A stretch of DNA of 64,000 nucleotides, from positions 26,970,001 through 27,034,000 of the forward strand of contig OX638152.1 of assembly GCA_951804945.1 (NCBI GenBank), read 5' to 3'. Position numbers and translations under genes: made by a program. The DNA comes from Podarcis cretensis (lineage: Eukaryota). Positions 50,272 to 62,859 of this stretch are shown here, piece by piece. The number at the start of each line of letters is the position of its first letter. Position 1 is the stretch's first letter. The notes under the pieces were generated by a model. The model was not told the origin of the DNA. It saw only the letters and a list, made by a program, of their open reading frames with translations, and searched no databases.

Positions 50272-51181
50272 CAGTGGTACCTCTGGTTGTGAGCCCTCGG
50301 GTTATGTTTTTTTCGGGTTATGAACGTTTTTAACCTGGAAGTGAGTGTTCCGAGCTCTCGGAGGCCTCCGCGAATGCCCGGAGCCAGGCCCCAACATCCG
50401 CAGGGCCTACGGAGGCTCTGCGATCGGCCTCCAGCCGCAAGAGCTTTCCGAGGCCTTCACAACTGCCCAGAACCAGGCCCCGACATCCTCAGGATGCCCA
50501 GCAGGTCGCACCCCAGCCCCAAAGCTAGGTAAGAAACACTTACCTAACGAAGACCAAGAGCAGTGAAACCGTTAAGAAAACAAAGATGAGCCTGGGCCGA
50601 AAAGCCCTTTACCAACCCTTGCCCCACCCCCAGCTGTAGCAAGATGGGTGGCACCTCGCCAGGTAAGCCCACCTACCCTGTGAGAGGGGGGGAGTGGAAG
50701 ATTTTGGGATTCTGCAAAGGATTTTGGGATTTGTTTATGTGAGTCTGCCCTGTGCCTTTGTCTCTGCTTTGCTCTTCGTTTGGGGGACTTCTGGGGACTC
50801 TGCCTTTTGTCATTGTTTTGGGGATCGTGTGGAGCCCAGTTCAGCTACTGGTTGATTGTGTGACTGCAGAAATGGATAAAATTCCCCCCATCCAAACAAT
50901 GACTATCATCAGTGCATGCAAGAAAAAATAAATGTTAATTTTTTTCATCTACAATACTGTCTTATTTATTTTATAGTACAGTACATTGATTATTGCCTTC
51001 ATTTTATGGATCAATGGTCTTGTTAGACAGTAAAATTCATGTTAAATTGCTGTTTTAGGGGGTGTTTTTCATCGTCTGGAACGGATCAATCCACTTTTCC
51101 ATTACTTTCAGTGGGAAAGTGCGCTTCAGGTTAAGAACAGACTTCTGGAACCAATTAAGTACTTAACCTGAGGCACCACTG
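50272..51181. mobile_element. Tigger/mariner-type non-autonomous transposon, 910 bp, with GC-rich internal segment
   Basis: TA|CAGTGGTACCTC...GAGGCACCACTG|TA. Confidence 0.8.
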
Positions 51182-51418
51182 TATATTCAAAACACATTGG
51201 TTTAACTTCTACTAAAATGTAAGCAGATCATAGCAAGCCCATTTCTGATATATAATATTTAAGCTGCAATCCTTAACACACTTAGGTAGGAGTAAGTCAC
51301 ATTGAACTTGTTGAAGATTACTTCAGAGTAGCATGTACAGGATTGCACTATTAACGATGAATTGGGTACTGTATCCAATTGATTTTGTTTTCAGAGATCT
51401 TAGGATAGAATCAATTCA

Positions 51419-51574
<156 letters not shown>

Positions 51575-51785
51575 TTACTTTTCAAGCAAAATGAAATTAG
51601 CTGTAGATAGCAATGTAAGTGTTTTACAGAGCTAGAATTATTGCTTTAGGCTGCACATGGAAGTTGCCTTCTGCTCACAGAAGGGCCAGAGTGGTGTTGT
51701 GCTAGAAAAATGAGATTAAATGCAGAGATGCAGTTTGTCTTGCACATACAGTACTCCACTCTGACTTTAGAGATCTGCCAGTTTC

Positions 51786-52519
51786 TTTCACCTCTGGTGG
51801 ACCTGCCCTAGAGTGAAGGCTTTCTGGGAAATGATATATAATGAGCTGAAAAAGGTATTCAAGTATACCTTTCCTAAGAAACCAGAGGCCTTCCTTCTGG
51901 GTATCGTCGGCCAGAGGGTGTTAAAGAAGGATCGAACATTTTTTATGTATGCAACAACAGCAGCAAGGATACTCGTCGCCAAGCACTGGAAAACCCAAGA
52001 TTTACCCACACTGGAAGAATGGCAGTTGCAACTGATAGATTATATGGAACTGGCTGAGATGACTGGCAGAATCCGAGACCTGGGAGAGGAGACGGTAGAA
52101 GAAGACTGGAAGGAATTCAAGACCTACCTACAGAAACATTGTAAATTGTATGAATGCTAAGAAGGATGCCAGATTGGAATGTAATTTGGCACCATTAAGC
52201 TAGATGAATTGAAGTATGAAGATAAGCTAAATTGAAGAAAAGATAAACTTTGGATAATTATCAGGCTAAATTTAAACTTTATAGATTTGAACAAAAGTTA
52301 TCTAAAAATAGAGATATAATATTGGAAAAATAGATAATAAGAATGGAAATAAGGGGATAAATTGCTGGTTAGATATTTATAAATCAGGAACGCAGGAGCG
52401 GGAGACGTGAGGGAGTCCAAAGAAGTTAAGAAAATATGTAATGATATGTGTTATTTTGTTTCTTTCTTTATTTGTATGGTAATCAAAAAATCTTTAATAA
52501 ATATCTTTAAAAAAAAAAA
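51786..52519 (+). mobile_element. Young 5'-truncated L1 (ORF2 C-terminus, 3'UTR, poly(A))
   Basis: Open frame FHLWWTCPRVKAFWEMI...AARILVAKHWK...W..F..Y to TAA 52160; AATAAA plus A-tail; 18-bp TSD TAGAGATCTGCCAGTTTC (51768-51785 and 52520-52537). Confidence 0.92.
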
Positions 52520-52994
52520 TAGAGATCTGCCAGTTTCAAGCCAGCCATCACAAATATAAGACTAGAAACTTGGTTTTCAAAAGCTGAGAGTCTCAGGAAG
52601 CTTGGTTGGGTGCCTAGTACCAATTATGTTCTTTTTCCCTGCACTTCTACAAAAGCTAAATACAGACAGCCCTGGATGCAGATAAGTCGGTATGCTGTGA
52701 TTTCCCCAGTATTAAAGAAATGTGCTTTGCATGTGCCTAAAGTTCCTTAATGCTGCTCATATATTCTTCCAGAACATTAAGATCTTTTTTTCAAAGGGGA
52801 AGAAAAGTTTTTTTTTAAAAAAAATAATTGGGTTTTATAAACAAGAATAATGTTATGCAAATAAATATACCAAGTTTTCTCATGTAATTTGTATACCACA
52901 AAAATAGCATAATAAATGTTGAAAAATATCTACAACATATGTTTCATTATTAGTGGCCAATGTATAAATTCTTGGTTTATGACTTGGTTTAAAC

Positions 52995-53130
52995 CAGGCA
53001 TGGCCAAACATGGCCCTCCACCTGTTTTGGGACTAGAGTTCCCATCATCTCTGACCACTGGTCCTGTTAGTTAGGGATGATGGGAGTTGTAGTCCCAAAA
53101 CAGCTGAAGGGCCAAGTTTGGCCATGCCTG
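52995..53130. mobile_element. Palindromic hAT-like MITE
   Basis: CAGGCATGGCCAAAC...GTTTGGCCATGCCTG. Confidence 0.82.
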
Positions 53131-53139
53131 GTTAAACAA

Positions 53140-53572
53140 TTTGGAAAAAGAAGAGGGGGGAAGAAAGGAGTGGGGTGAGGTGGTTATGCCTCTATTATTC
53201 TACTTAGTGTGTGTGAGGGGTTGTGCCAGCGTTACTTGTATGGGTTCTCTTACTATTCACTTGTTGTATTTCCTTGATGGTGAGAGAGGTTGGAGGGTGG
53301 CTTAGGGTGTGGTTGGTTGTCTTTGGTTGGCTGCAGTGAGAATTGTTTTTGTGTGTGAGCAGGGTATGAGTGTGTATTTTTGAATCAGGTTAGCCAAATT
53401 GATTTGTATGCTGTTGGGGGATTCTTGTTGTTGTCTTGTTGGGCTGTGTATGTGATAAAGGGGAACCAAACCGGGGTGAAGGCATCTTCTTCTATTTGTC
53501 CCCGTGTCAGTTTCAGTTTATTGGTTAGTTTTTCTAATAAGGATGTTTCCCATGCTATTTGGGAAGAAAAGT
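53140..53572 (-). mobile_element. L1-type LINE 3' fragment (second family)
   Basis: Minus frame QIAWETSLLEKLTNKLKLTRGQIEEDAFTPVWFPFITY...* resembles the L1 ORF2 C-terminus; C/A-rich 3'UTR. Confidence 0.7.
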
Positions 53573-53974
53573 TATTTCACACATTCCAGGGCTGAGTCCT
53601 AACAGTGCCAACAAATTCCTGAGCTAAACCAAAAGTTTCTGGGGGTAAATTATGATGAGCCATAGCTCAAATTAAGCCCCACTGCACCCCCAGTGAAGAA
53701 ACACAAACTTCTATTTCTTTTGCAAATAAAGTTTAAGCCTTTTTACTGGCGGGCCTAGCAAGGTTAGCCAAGAAACAAATATCAACATGTAAACTATTCA
53801 AAAAACAGAGCTGGCGGACATTTCCGAGCATTGTTGTGGAGGATGCAAACTGTCACAGTGCATACAACTCATCTGGACCGCTCATCTTCACATAAAAAAT
53901 GTACAATCACTTTCAGGGGCCTTTTAGAGTGCAGAGAATGTAAACATTTAGAAAACTCTTCCATGAGCTGTTCA

Positions 53975-54139
<165 letters not shown>

Positions 54140-55254
54140 CTACAAGAAAACATTAAACAATCTCATTGCTGATCCCGATAGGATTCCAAAACACAAAGCT
54201 GAATCTTTTCCATGTCCTTTTAAAAAGCATTAATATACATGCTCATGTATTTAATAGCTCAGTTTACATTTTCTTCTGGAAGTTGCCTAAAGTTTACATA
54301 GAACTACCATAATGAAATGCAAAGGTGCTTTCCAAAGAAACAAAGAATCTAAACATGTGTACCTTTAATCTGTTGAGTTCTACCAAGGGAGAAGTCAGAC
54401 TGCTTTAGGCTTTACAGGTAATGCATTTGGGAATACATAATAAAATCCAAAATCAATTAGATAAGCAGCTATTTTTCCTACCATATGAGAATTTATAGTG
54501 GAGTCCACCTTAACCAGTCCTGTTTTCAGAGAGCCAAACTGAACTGAACAGAAATCTGGACCAAATCTTTAATTTTTCCCAAACCAGAAACTTGTATTTG
54601 TAGAAACACATTTATTTTCAAAAGGAGAGCTGAGATTTGAAGATACTGTGAACATTAAATCATGTTTCTAGAGATGAAGTACTATGACTGCTGGGTTGGG
54701 GTATTGTTTAGGGGGTTTTGGTGGTGGTGGGGTTGCTGTTAATGATATGAATTGTTTATATCTTTATTTTTAGAACTTTTTATGATTTATGTCAAAATGG
54801 TTCAGTTTGGTTGTGTACTTTAGATGTGTTTTAGTTAGCTATGACTACTTTTATTATGTTTGTGATTATGCAAATATTTTTGTTGTACGCCGCCTTGAGC
54901 ACACTTTTTACTATGGAAAGGCGGCATGCAAATAAAATGCTGATGATGACATGCAACAGTCACTGAAAAATGTCCCACACAGTGACCCTAACCATGTGGA
55001 AAGGTGGTCACCTGTAGCCTCTGACCACACCATTACTCCTAGCAGTGACATCGATGGAAATCCAAAGGAGTGGCTGTGTGCTCTCCTTTACAGAAAACAG
55101 TTGTCTAGCTGAAGGGCTACCCAGTTCACATCCGATTTAAAGATGAAGAACTGTAAGCAGCCAGTGTCTGGACAGCAAACTAAGAAGGGGCGTGCACACC
55201 TGTCTGGCAAGAGGAACTACATTTCTATTTAAATTATAATAATTCTTTGCAACT

Positions 55255-55408
55255 GGACTCCTTCATCTGCCCCAGCTGCAACAAAATATGTCTCTCCCAT
55301 ATTGGCCTCTACAACCACAGCAGGCACTGCAACCTTCCAATAGTTTGACTTCACTCTCAAAGGCACACTCCTCCATTGTCTCCCGAGGCAGGCGGATGCC
55401 AACAACAG
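55255..55408 (+). mobile_element. RTE LINE 3' end
   Basis: FICPSCNKICLSHIGLYNHSRHC zinc-finger-like terminus, then ccattgtctcccgag..ggatgccaacaac. Confidence 0.75.
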
Positions 55409-56154
55409 TTTCCATCTGATAAACTGGCATTTGTGCATTTCTCACGAAGGCATATCCTCTTTTCTCTCCCTCTCTTTATTTGGTGATGTGGTAAGTGGCC
55501 CCGCTAGTGGTGACAAGGCATACTTAAGCATGTTGTCAGAGGCTGCAGATGACCATATTCCTGCGTGTTTATTAGTGGCTATTTATGTGGTTCCTGATCA
55601 CCTGGATCTAACCCCAGGCAGAGGAATAACTGCAATGGAAGAACAAGCCTTTTGTTTCTAGTCTGCTGTGTACGCTATGGAGACATGAATAAACATGCAT
55701 TTATTTATAGAGAGAGCCTCAAAAAGAAAACTGCCCTTCCTTCCTTTAGGAGTTCTTGGGAACAAAATTACCATTGAATCACAGAAACCAGTTTGTCTTC
55801 ACCATGATGCAATTTCCCTGATGCAGTTAGTCACAAGGAGGATGAGGAGCCGCTGGTTACTTCAGCAGCCTTGCCCTATGCTTCCTTTGTGCAGCCAGTT
55901 TCCCAGAGTGCAGGGAAAACCCCTCTTTCTCAACAAAGTTTCAGGGAGTAACACAAACATTTTGTATTTAACAAAACAGAAACATGATTCTTAGAGGCGT
56001 TGTTACATCACAAACTTAAACTGGTATAAGAACTACCTTTGGTAGTGCTGTGAAAGGGGTTTGGATTCCATGTATTCATTTAGGCCAGGTGGCTAGGGTA
56101 GGCCATATGCTAGGTGGCTAACAACCAGCAGTTAAAATTGTGTAAAACACTTAA

Positions 56155-56158
<4 letters not shown>

Positions 56159-56209
<51 letters not shown>
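56159..56209. repeat. (AT)n(GT)n microsatellite
   Basis: Direct inspection. Confidence 0.9.
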
Positions 56210-56494
56210 GTGGACATATGCTTCTAATGTATATATGTCTTTAGGGTCACTGGCTCTCCACACCCCCCAATAAGGTCTCTGTCTTAACAAACAGCCAACA
56301 ATTTAAAAGATGGATTTTACAAAGGTGACAGAAAAGCTGGACTTGTGGAATTTCTGTCTGTCATACTAGAGGGCAATATGGGGATAACATTCCCATCCTA
56401 TTATACAGTAGGCTGTTGGAAGCATAATGCATGCAAAACATTACCCCATTATTATTAATCTTCCGGAGGGGAAATGCACAGGAGGTAAACTAAC

Positions 56495-56592
56495 CTTTTG
56501 AGATGATAAGAACTCCATCCCTCTGGCCACCTGAAAACTGTAAGAAATTAGATCTTCCATGGTGAGGGGCCACTTGTAAAATTCATCAGAAT
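56495..56592 (-). CDS. FLT1: FLT1 exon 22
   Basis: tttcag|AT...AAG|gttagt; [33 protein letters not shown]. Confidence 0.96.
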
Positions 56593-56935
56593 CTGAAATC
56601 AATTCAGCGCATACGAGGTTAACATGACTTTGTGCTGCCCGCAGTACAATGGAGTGCCTGAAACTTAGTTTACTAGTGAGAACAAAAACAATTATTGGGA
56701 GGTGCTGAGCACTTCCCCAAGGTTAAGGAAGAGACCCTAGAAACAGTCACACATCTTCCTGTCCGATTGAGTAACGTTGTAAATAAGCTTATTTTAAACC
56801 ATCTTTTCTTGGATCTGAGTATCTCCCAAGGATGTTTATGAGGGTGATAAACGGGGAAAGAAAATGTCAAAGATGCAGATCACGTGGTAAAAATATCCAC
56901 AGACTGCATAGAAAGAGGAAGGAATTAATACGTAC

Positions 56936-57095
56936 CCTCCTCTTCTTCTTCCACATCACTTAAACTTTTATCTTCCTGAAATCCAGAGCTTGCTAAGCTC
57001 TCTCGACTTGGGATGCTCTCCAGCCTTTTTTTCTTACCACCAATGGGCTCCACATCCTTCTCCTCTGTCACCAGCTCTCCTTGAATGGAGGCATC
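56936..57095 (-). CDS. FLT1: FLT1 exon 21 (kinase insert)
   Basis: ctaaag|GAT...GAGG|gtacgt; DASIQGELVTEEKDVEPIGGKKKRLESIPSRESLASSGFQEDKSLSDVEEEEE. Confidence 0.95.
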
Positions 57096-57236
57096 CTTTA
57101 GACAAAAAGAGGGGGGTGGGAGAGGAAAAAATTGGCACAAGATGGAACAGAAGATATTCCAGCCAAAGTTAAGCACTTTTGAGCCCAACTGATTTCAGCA
57201 GGAAAGTTAAGCATGTGCTTTTATCCCTCCGAGGTA

Positions 57237-57474
57237 CAGTCATACCTCGGGTTGAATATGCTTCATGTTGAGCGCATTCGGAAAACCCGGAAGTAACAGA
57301 GCATGTTACTTCTGGGTTTCGCTGCTCACGCAGATGCTCAAAATGACGTCATGCACATGCGCAGAAGCAGTGAAAAGCAATGTGCGTGTGCGCAGACATG
57401 TCACTAGTTACGTTTGCTTCTGGATGCGAACAGGGCTCCGGAACAGATCCCATTCGCATCCCGAGGTACCACTG
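57237..57474. mobile_element. Tigger/mariner-type MITE
   Basis: TA|CAGTCATACCTCGGG...CCCGAGGTACCACTG|TA. Confidence 0.85.
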
Positions 57475-58347
57475 TAATCTAAAAGTGCTTAACTTCATCT
57501 AGATTGTACCCCATGGATTTTGAGGTCTTTTCATTCAATTACTTTTTAAATGTGCTGGTGAGGTCCTGGGACACCACCACTGAAAAACACTGTCCCTTAG
57601 AAAATGATTACAGCAAGGGAGTAGAACCACACATCATGTAGGCAGTTTCTCCTGCTAGAAATATACTTTGCAATAGGCTATTTTCTGCACACACCTTGCT
57701 GTCCCTCATCCAGGCAAACCAAAGGCACTATCAGAGTTCAAGGACACATTCCAGCCAGGCAGAAATACTCAAGGGGAGTGTGAAGTAGGGTGGGATGGGA
57801 GGTGGAGCTTGGAGAAAGGACAGTCCTATCTATCTTTCTCACATTTTTCACTTTGATTTAAATTTAGTGGAGCCAGGAGTAGATGGATAGAATTGCTTTG
57901 GCGGCCAGATCTGGCTCATGGGCAAAGGTGTGCATCTGGAGTTGTATTCCTGCTCCACATTTTTGAGTTAATGGTCTTGTCCTATGGCTTCAACACTGCA
58001 CCTGTGCAAGAATGGGAAGTCCCAGGGTCATGTTGCATAGAATTGCACTTAGGCTGACCCAGAGATTACATATCCTTCCTTACATATCCAAAATACATCA
58101 CTGCTGAACCCTGCAATGAAGTCTTGCAGTGGGGAAGGTACAACCTTGTAAAATTCTTGAGTTACTGCATTGCTGCAACAACCTGGTTATTTTTCTATAT
58201 CTGTACATTAAAGCAACTCATATTTGCACTGGTCAAAGGGCATTTGCACACCTGTTTCTATTTGTACTATGCAGCAAAATACAATTAATGTGATTATTTT
58301 GGTGGATGGTGAACTGAAGAAATAAAATACAGCATTTGAGACATTAC

Positions 58348-58436
58348 CTTGTTGGAAGAAAAGAAATTCCTTTTGCTCTTAAGGTAGCTTGATAGATTTC
58401 CATATTTGCAATATTCAACTATAACCATTAGTGGCC
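58348..58436 (-). CDS. FLT1: FLT1 exon 20 (hinge)
   Basis: tcacag|GG...AAG|gtaatg; [30 protein letters not shown]. Confidence 0.96.
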
Positions 58437-58865
58437 CTGTGAACAAGATGATAAACGTTTTGGTGGGGGGAAATGACAATTTATAACCTCTGTGCCTTTT
58501 GTGTCATTGTTCAAGCACCTGTTTCAGCAATACAGCATAATTACTTAAATCAGAATGCATTTGAAAGAAATCCATAATATTTCCCCTGAAGTCTCTACTC
58601 TCATCTTTGTTTCACACTGATTTCTAGGAAAGTTTGATCTGTGTGTGATTTAATTCAGGCCTGCATCTCAAAAATGTATTTTCACACAGTTATATCAAGT
58701 CATGGTTTAACTCTTGAAGTTAAAACAAGGACAAACCCAGCAGATCTTAGCATTAAGAACCATCTTTCTAGCCTGTGATAAATACAAAAAAAAAGTAAAG
58801 CTATATTTTAAATAAAAATAAAATAGCAAACCAGAACACCATGTTTTTGTCATAGTTGTCCATAC

Positions 58866-58979
58866 CTCCATTTTTTGTGCAAGCGCCCAGCAGATTCACA
58901 ACATTCAGATGATGACCAATATGTGTCAAGATCTTCAGCTCAGTCATCAGAGCTTTATACTCGCTGGCGGTGGCTCCTT
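58866..58979 (-). CDS. FLT1: FLT1 exon 19 (alphaC helix)
   Basis: ttgcag|AA...GGAG|gtatgg; [38 protein letters not shown]. Confidence 0.97.
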
Positions 58980-59575
58980 CTGCAAGGCCAAGCAAAATGG
59001 TTTACTTATTACTTAGGGCACTTCTTACCTGGAGATTTCTTGCCCCGGCTCCTATCACTACTTGTTGTTGATCACCAGCTGCATTCTGTTGGTTGTGAGG
59101 ATGCTTTCCGCAAACCTGAACCCTAGGCAGGAACAGCACCATAAGTCCAGAAGCCTGTAACTGCACCGTTTGGGCTGTGGGCTGCCTACATGAACCTTCT
59201 GCAAACTGGTATCCTGCAGATGTTCTGGGCGACAACCCCAGTCTCCCCTGACCGCTGATTGTGCTAGCTGGAGCTGATGGGGGCTGTATTCCAAAATGTG
59301 GAGGGCACCAGTTTGAGGAAGGCCAGTCAAGACCAACTGGCAGCATCTTTCTTGGCTTTCAGGCAGCAGCCTTGCTCCACTCTGGCTAGAGGATCTAGGA
59401 ACTGAGCCTGTGAGCTTCCACCTGCAAAGATGGCTCTCTACCATTGGGCTATGATCCCTGGCTCAAATGGCAACAGGATTTCAGCTTTACTGCAGATGCA
59501 GGACAGCTGAAAATGGGTGCCCACAGAGTCTGGACACTACAAAGTGAAAGCGGAATTGTTCTACACCATACGTAC

Positions 59576-59680
59576 CTTTCAGCATTTTTACAGCAACTAC
59601 TTTGTACGTGGGTGATTTTTTAATTCCAAAAGCGGCTGCTTGTACTACTTTCCCATAAGCACCTCGCCCAAGGGTCTTTC
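59576..59680 (-). CDS. FLT1: FLT1 exon 18 (P-loop, VAVK)
   Basis: atgcag|GA...AAAG|gtacgt; [35 protein letters not shown]. Confidence 0.96.
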
Positions 59681-62507
59681 CTGCATCAAAAACAAATCAC
59701 AGTTGCTGCTTAGAGAGACATCATCAGATAAACTCACAGTATTGAACGTTTCATTATGTTTAAAGTTCTGACTGTGTGAGAATACATGGAGAGGTCCTGA
59801 ATTTATATGCAACAAATTATACCACTTTCACAGACCTATGCTCAAAGCAATTCACAATATAAATGAAACCCTAAGTAGTCACACAAATGATGGAAGTGTG
59901 AGCGCAGCTGCAAAAGGGGGAGATTATCACACCTGGCTGCTTCTGGTCCAGAGCCTTTCAATAATAATTATTGTGTTTTGGGCTGTGTACACATCATATA
60001 TTTAAAGTATATTTCCCCCTCCCAAAGAATCCTGGGAACTGTTGTCATTTAGGATTCTGGGAAGTGTAGCCCACAATTCCCAGGATTCTTTGGCACGGAG
60101 AACGTGCTTTAAATGTATGGCATGTCTGCATTAGGAATAACAGAAACTGAGCCACATCAGCTAAGATATATTGTTAGAACTGGTCTGTAAAATCCAGGGG
60201 AGTAACTTGCAACAGTTGGGATACAAGACAACAAATATTTATCACATTTAAGCTTATGCTTCAAACTTAGCCCACTGTCAAGCCCTAAAAATGACACTGT
60301 AGCGGCTGTATTAACAATCAAAATGTTGCAAAACTGCTGCAAAGTACTGGCATGAAGCACTCTGCTGCTGCTGAAAAATGCCACAAGGCACAACAGTAAC
60401 CACCAGTGCCAGCTGTTGTTTCATTCATTCATTTCTTCTGCAAGGATTGGAATGGCCTTCAGTACTTGTCTGGCACTCTGTTATTTCATCCATCTCTTGG
60501 TCAGAGATGACCGAAGATATTTTGCTGGATAGGGCAAGAAATTAAATGGTTGTAAAAGTACAGTGCTAAGCCAAATAATGGAATGTTTGCTGCCTTTTAA
60601 GCATGCCTCCCATAATCTACTATTCCCACTGATATTTGCAAGTATTGGGATGGGGGACAAATTCCAGCTGGGATCTCGGCAAGAACAAAGGATTAAAGCT
60701 ACATCCCTTCATTCCATGATTCTAATTCCCCCCAGCTACTTATTTTTAAAAAGACATCAGCTACATAAGGGCAAACTAGATGGCAACATCATACTTAGTT
60801 TGGGCATTAGACCATTTCTCCCTGCCTAAGGGTTGCACCAATCAGATCCCAGCTGGTCCTTTCACTTTTCCGTTCTGCTATCTCCCTGCTTCATTAATTT
60901 CCCTTCTTTCCTCTGATTCGACAGGGTTGCTCGGGTTTTACCACATATCAGGTGAAGACGTGTGGTAAAATGTGTGTTCATCTGATCATCTGTCCACCTG
61001 GATTCACAGAATCACGAGGACATCAGTAAAGTGAAGGAGACAGAGGGCACTGAAACCTGTTGCTTGTGTTGCAGGAGCCTGATTCTGTCATGGAGCCCTT
61101 AGGACCCCCGTGCAGACCAGGCATCCATCTGTTGTAAACCTAACTCCTGGAAGCTCATTGTTTTCTGAGAATTTGGCATTTATTTTGATCAATAATAGTC
61201 CATTTACTTAGGACATTGGAATAAGCAACTTGTAAACTCTCTCTGTACTCAGTAAAACACCACAGGGGTATTGTTGTATTCGGACACTGGCATGTTTTCC
61301 AGATATCTTTTCCATCTGAACAATCTCTGTTTCATGGAAAACTAATAAAACTCTCCCCACCCCCCGCTTTAAAAATCCTCCGATATTCTGGTTTCAGTTA
61401 CATTATGTTTTAGTGCCAAACATTGGCTCCTAAGAACTTGTAGAGAGTATTTGGATATTTGAATTCTTGGACCAAATTCTCCTCACTTTACAAGCCACAG
61501 AAAATCCCTCCAGCAGCTTCAGAAGATAATGGCATACAGAGCAGCGTTATTAGGAATGTGAGGTGCAATTTACGTCCCACTGAAATCTATTTCCCCCATT
61601 GCCCCCTTTTCACCTGGCACAGCAGTATTGAAAGCGGGATCATCTGTATATCTGCCCCAATACCAGCATGAATACAGATTGTCACAAATACACAATAAAG
61701 AGGACATCTGGAAGGGCAATTGAAAAGCAGAGCAAGGGAAAATCAAAGCATAACATCTCGCCTTAGCCTATAATAGCTAATCCTAATATTTAACTCAATC
61801 TCTTAGGGGTTATGTTACTACTACACAGGCTGGTTTTTCCCCACCCCACACCTCCAGGTTCACTTAGGGTAACTGAGATCATGAAAAAGCCACTCTGAGT
61901 CAGGGGAAATGTTGTGTGAGCAGACTTTTGGACTCCAACAACTACACTCTTGGAGGGAGCCACACAAACAAACATAGAATTGCTCTTTTTTTCTTAAAAC
62001 AAGCTGTCATTCTTTCAATGCAGACCGTGCTTGTTATGCCACAATTAAAGATCCAATTAAAATAAAAATCCTAGGTGGGGTAAAGGACCGCCCTAGGTTG
62101 GGTAGTACACTAAGTGATTCCACCCTGGCTACAGGGTTGTGCAAATTCAGGGAGTCTGTTTTCTGCTTGACACAAAGCTGTTTTCTGATTGAATAACTGA
62201 ATGGTTAGAGCACACTGACATTTTAAAAAAGGCCTAAGTGGGGGTGTAATCTGCCATACTGTTTGCAGCTTAATGGGTATCATATGGTATGCTTACAGCC
62301 ACCATAAACAATGGTAGCATAGAACCCTTTGCATATGTTTCTTCATACAGAGACTGTAACAATAGTCATTTGTTTTCTAAACATTTGCAATTTGGTATCT
62401 GTTGCAGAGAGCCAAATTCTGATACAGTATATACTCACACTAGGCTCTTCAGGCTCACATCCTGAAGCTCCTCACACCTTGTGTAGAGACCAGCATATGT
62501 AAGTCTA

Positions 62508-62859
62508 GGTAAAGGTAAAGGGACCCCTGACCATTAGGTCCAGTCGTGACTGACTCTGGGGTTGCGGCACTCATCTCGCATTATTGGCCGAGGGAGCCGG
62601 CATACAGCTTCCAGGTCATGTGGCCAGCATGACTAAGCCGCTTCTGGGGAACCAGAGCAGCGCATGGAAATGCCGTTTACCTTTCCGCCGGAGCGGTACC
62701 TATTTATCTATTTGCACTTTGACATGCTTTGGAACTGCTAGGTTGGCAGGAGCTGGGACCGAGCAACAGGCGCTCACTCCGTCACAGGGATTTGAACCGC
62801 TGACCTTCTGTTCGCCAAACCCTAAGCTCTGTGGTTTAACCCACAGCGCTACCTGCGTC
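62508..62859 (-). mobile_element. Sauria SINE (Squam1), near full length
   Basis: Reverse complement begins GACGCAGGTAGCGCTGTGGGTTAAACC, B box GGTTCAAATCCC, ends (ACCTTT)n. Confidence 0.9.
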
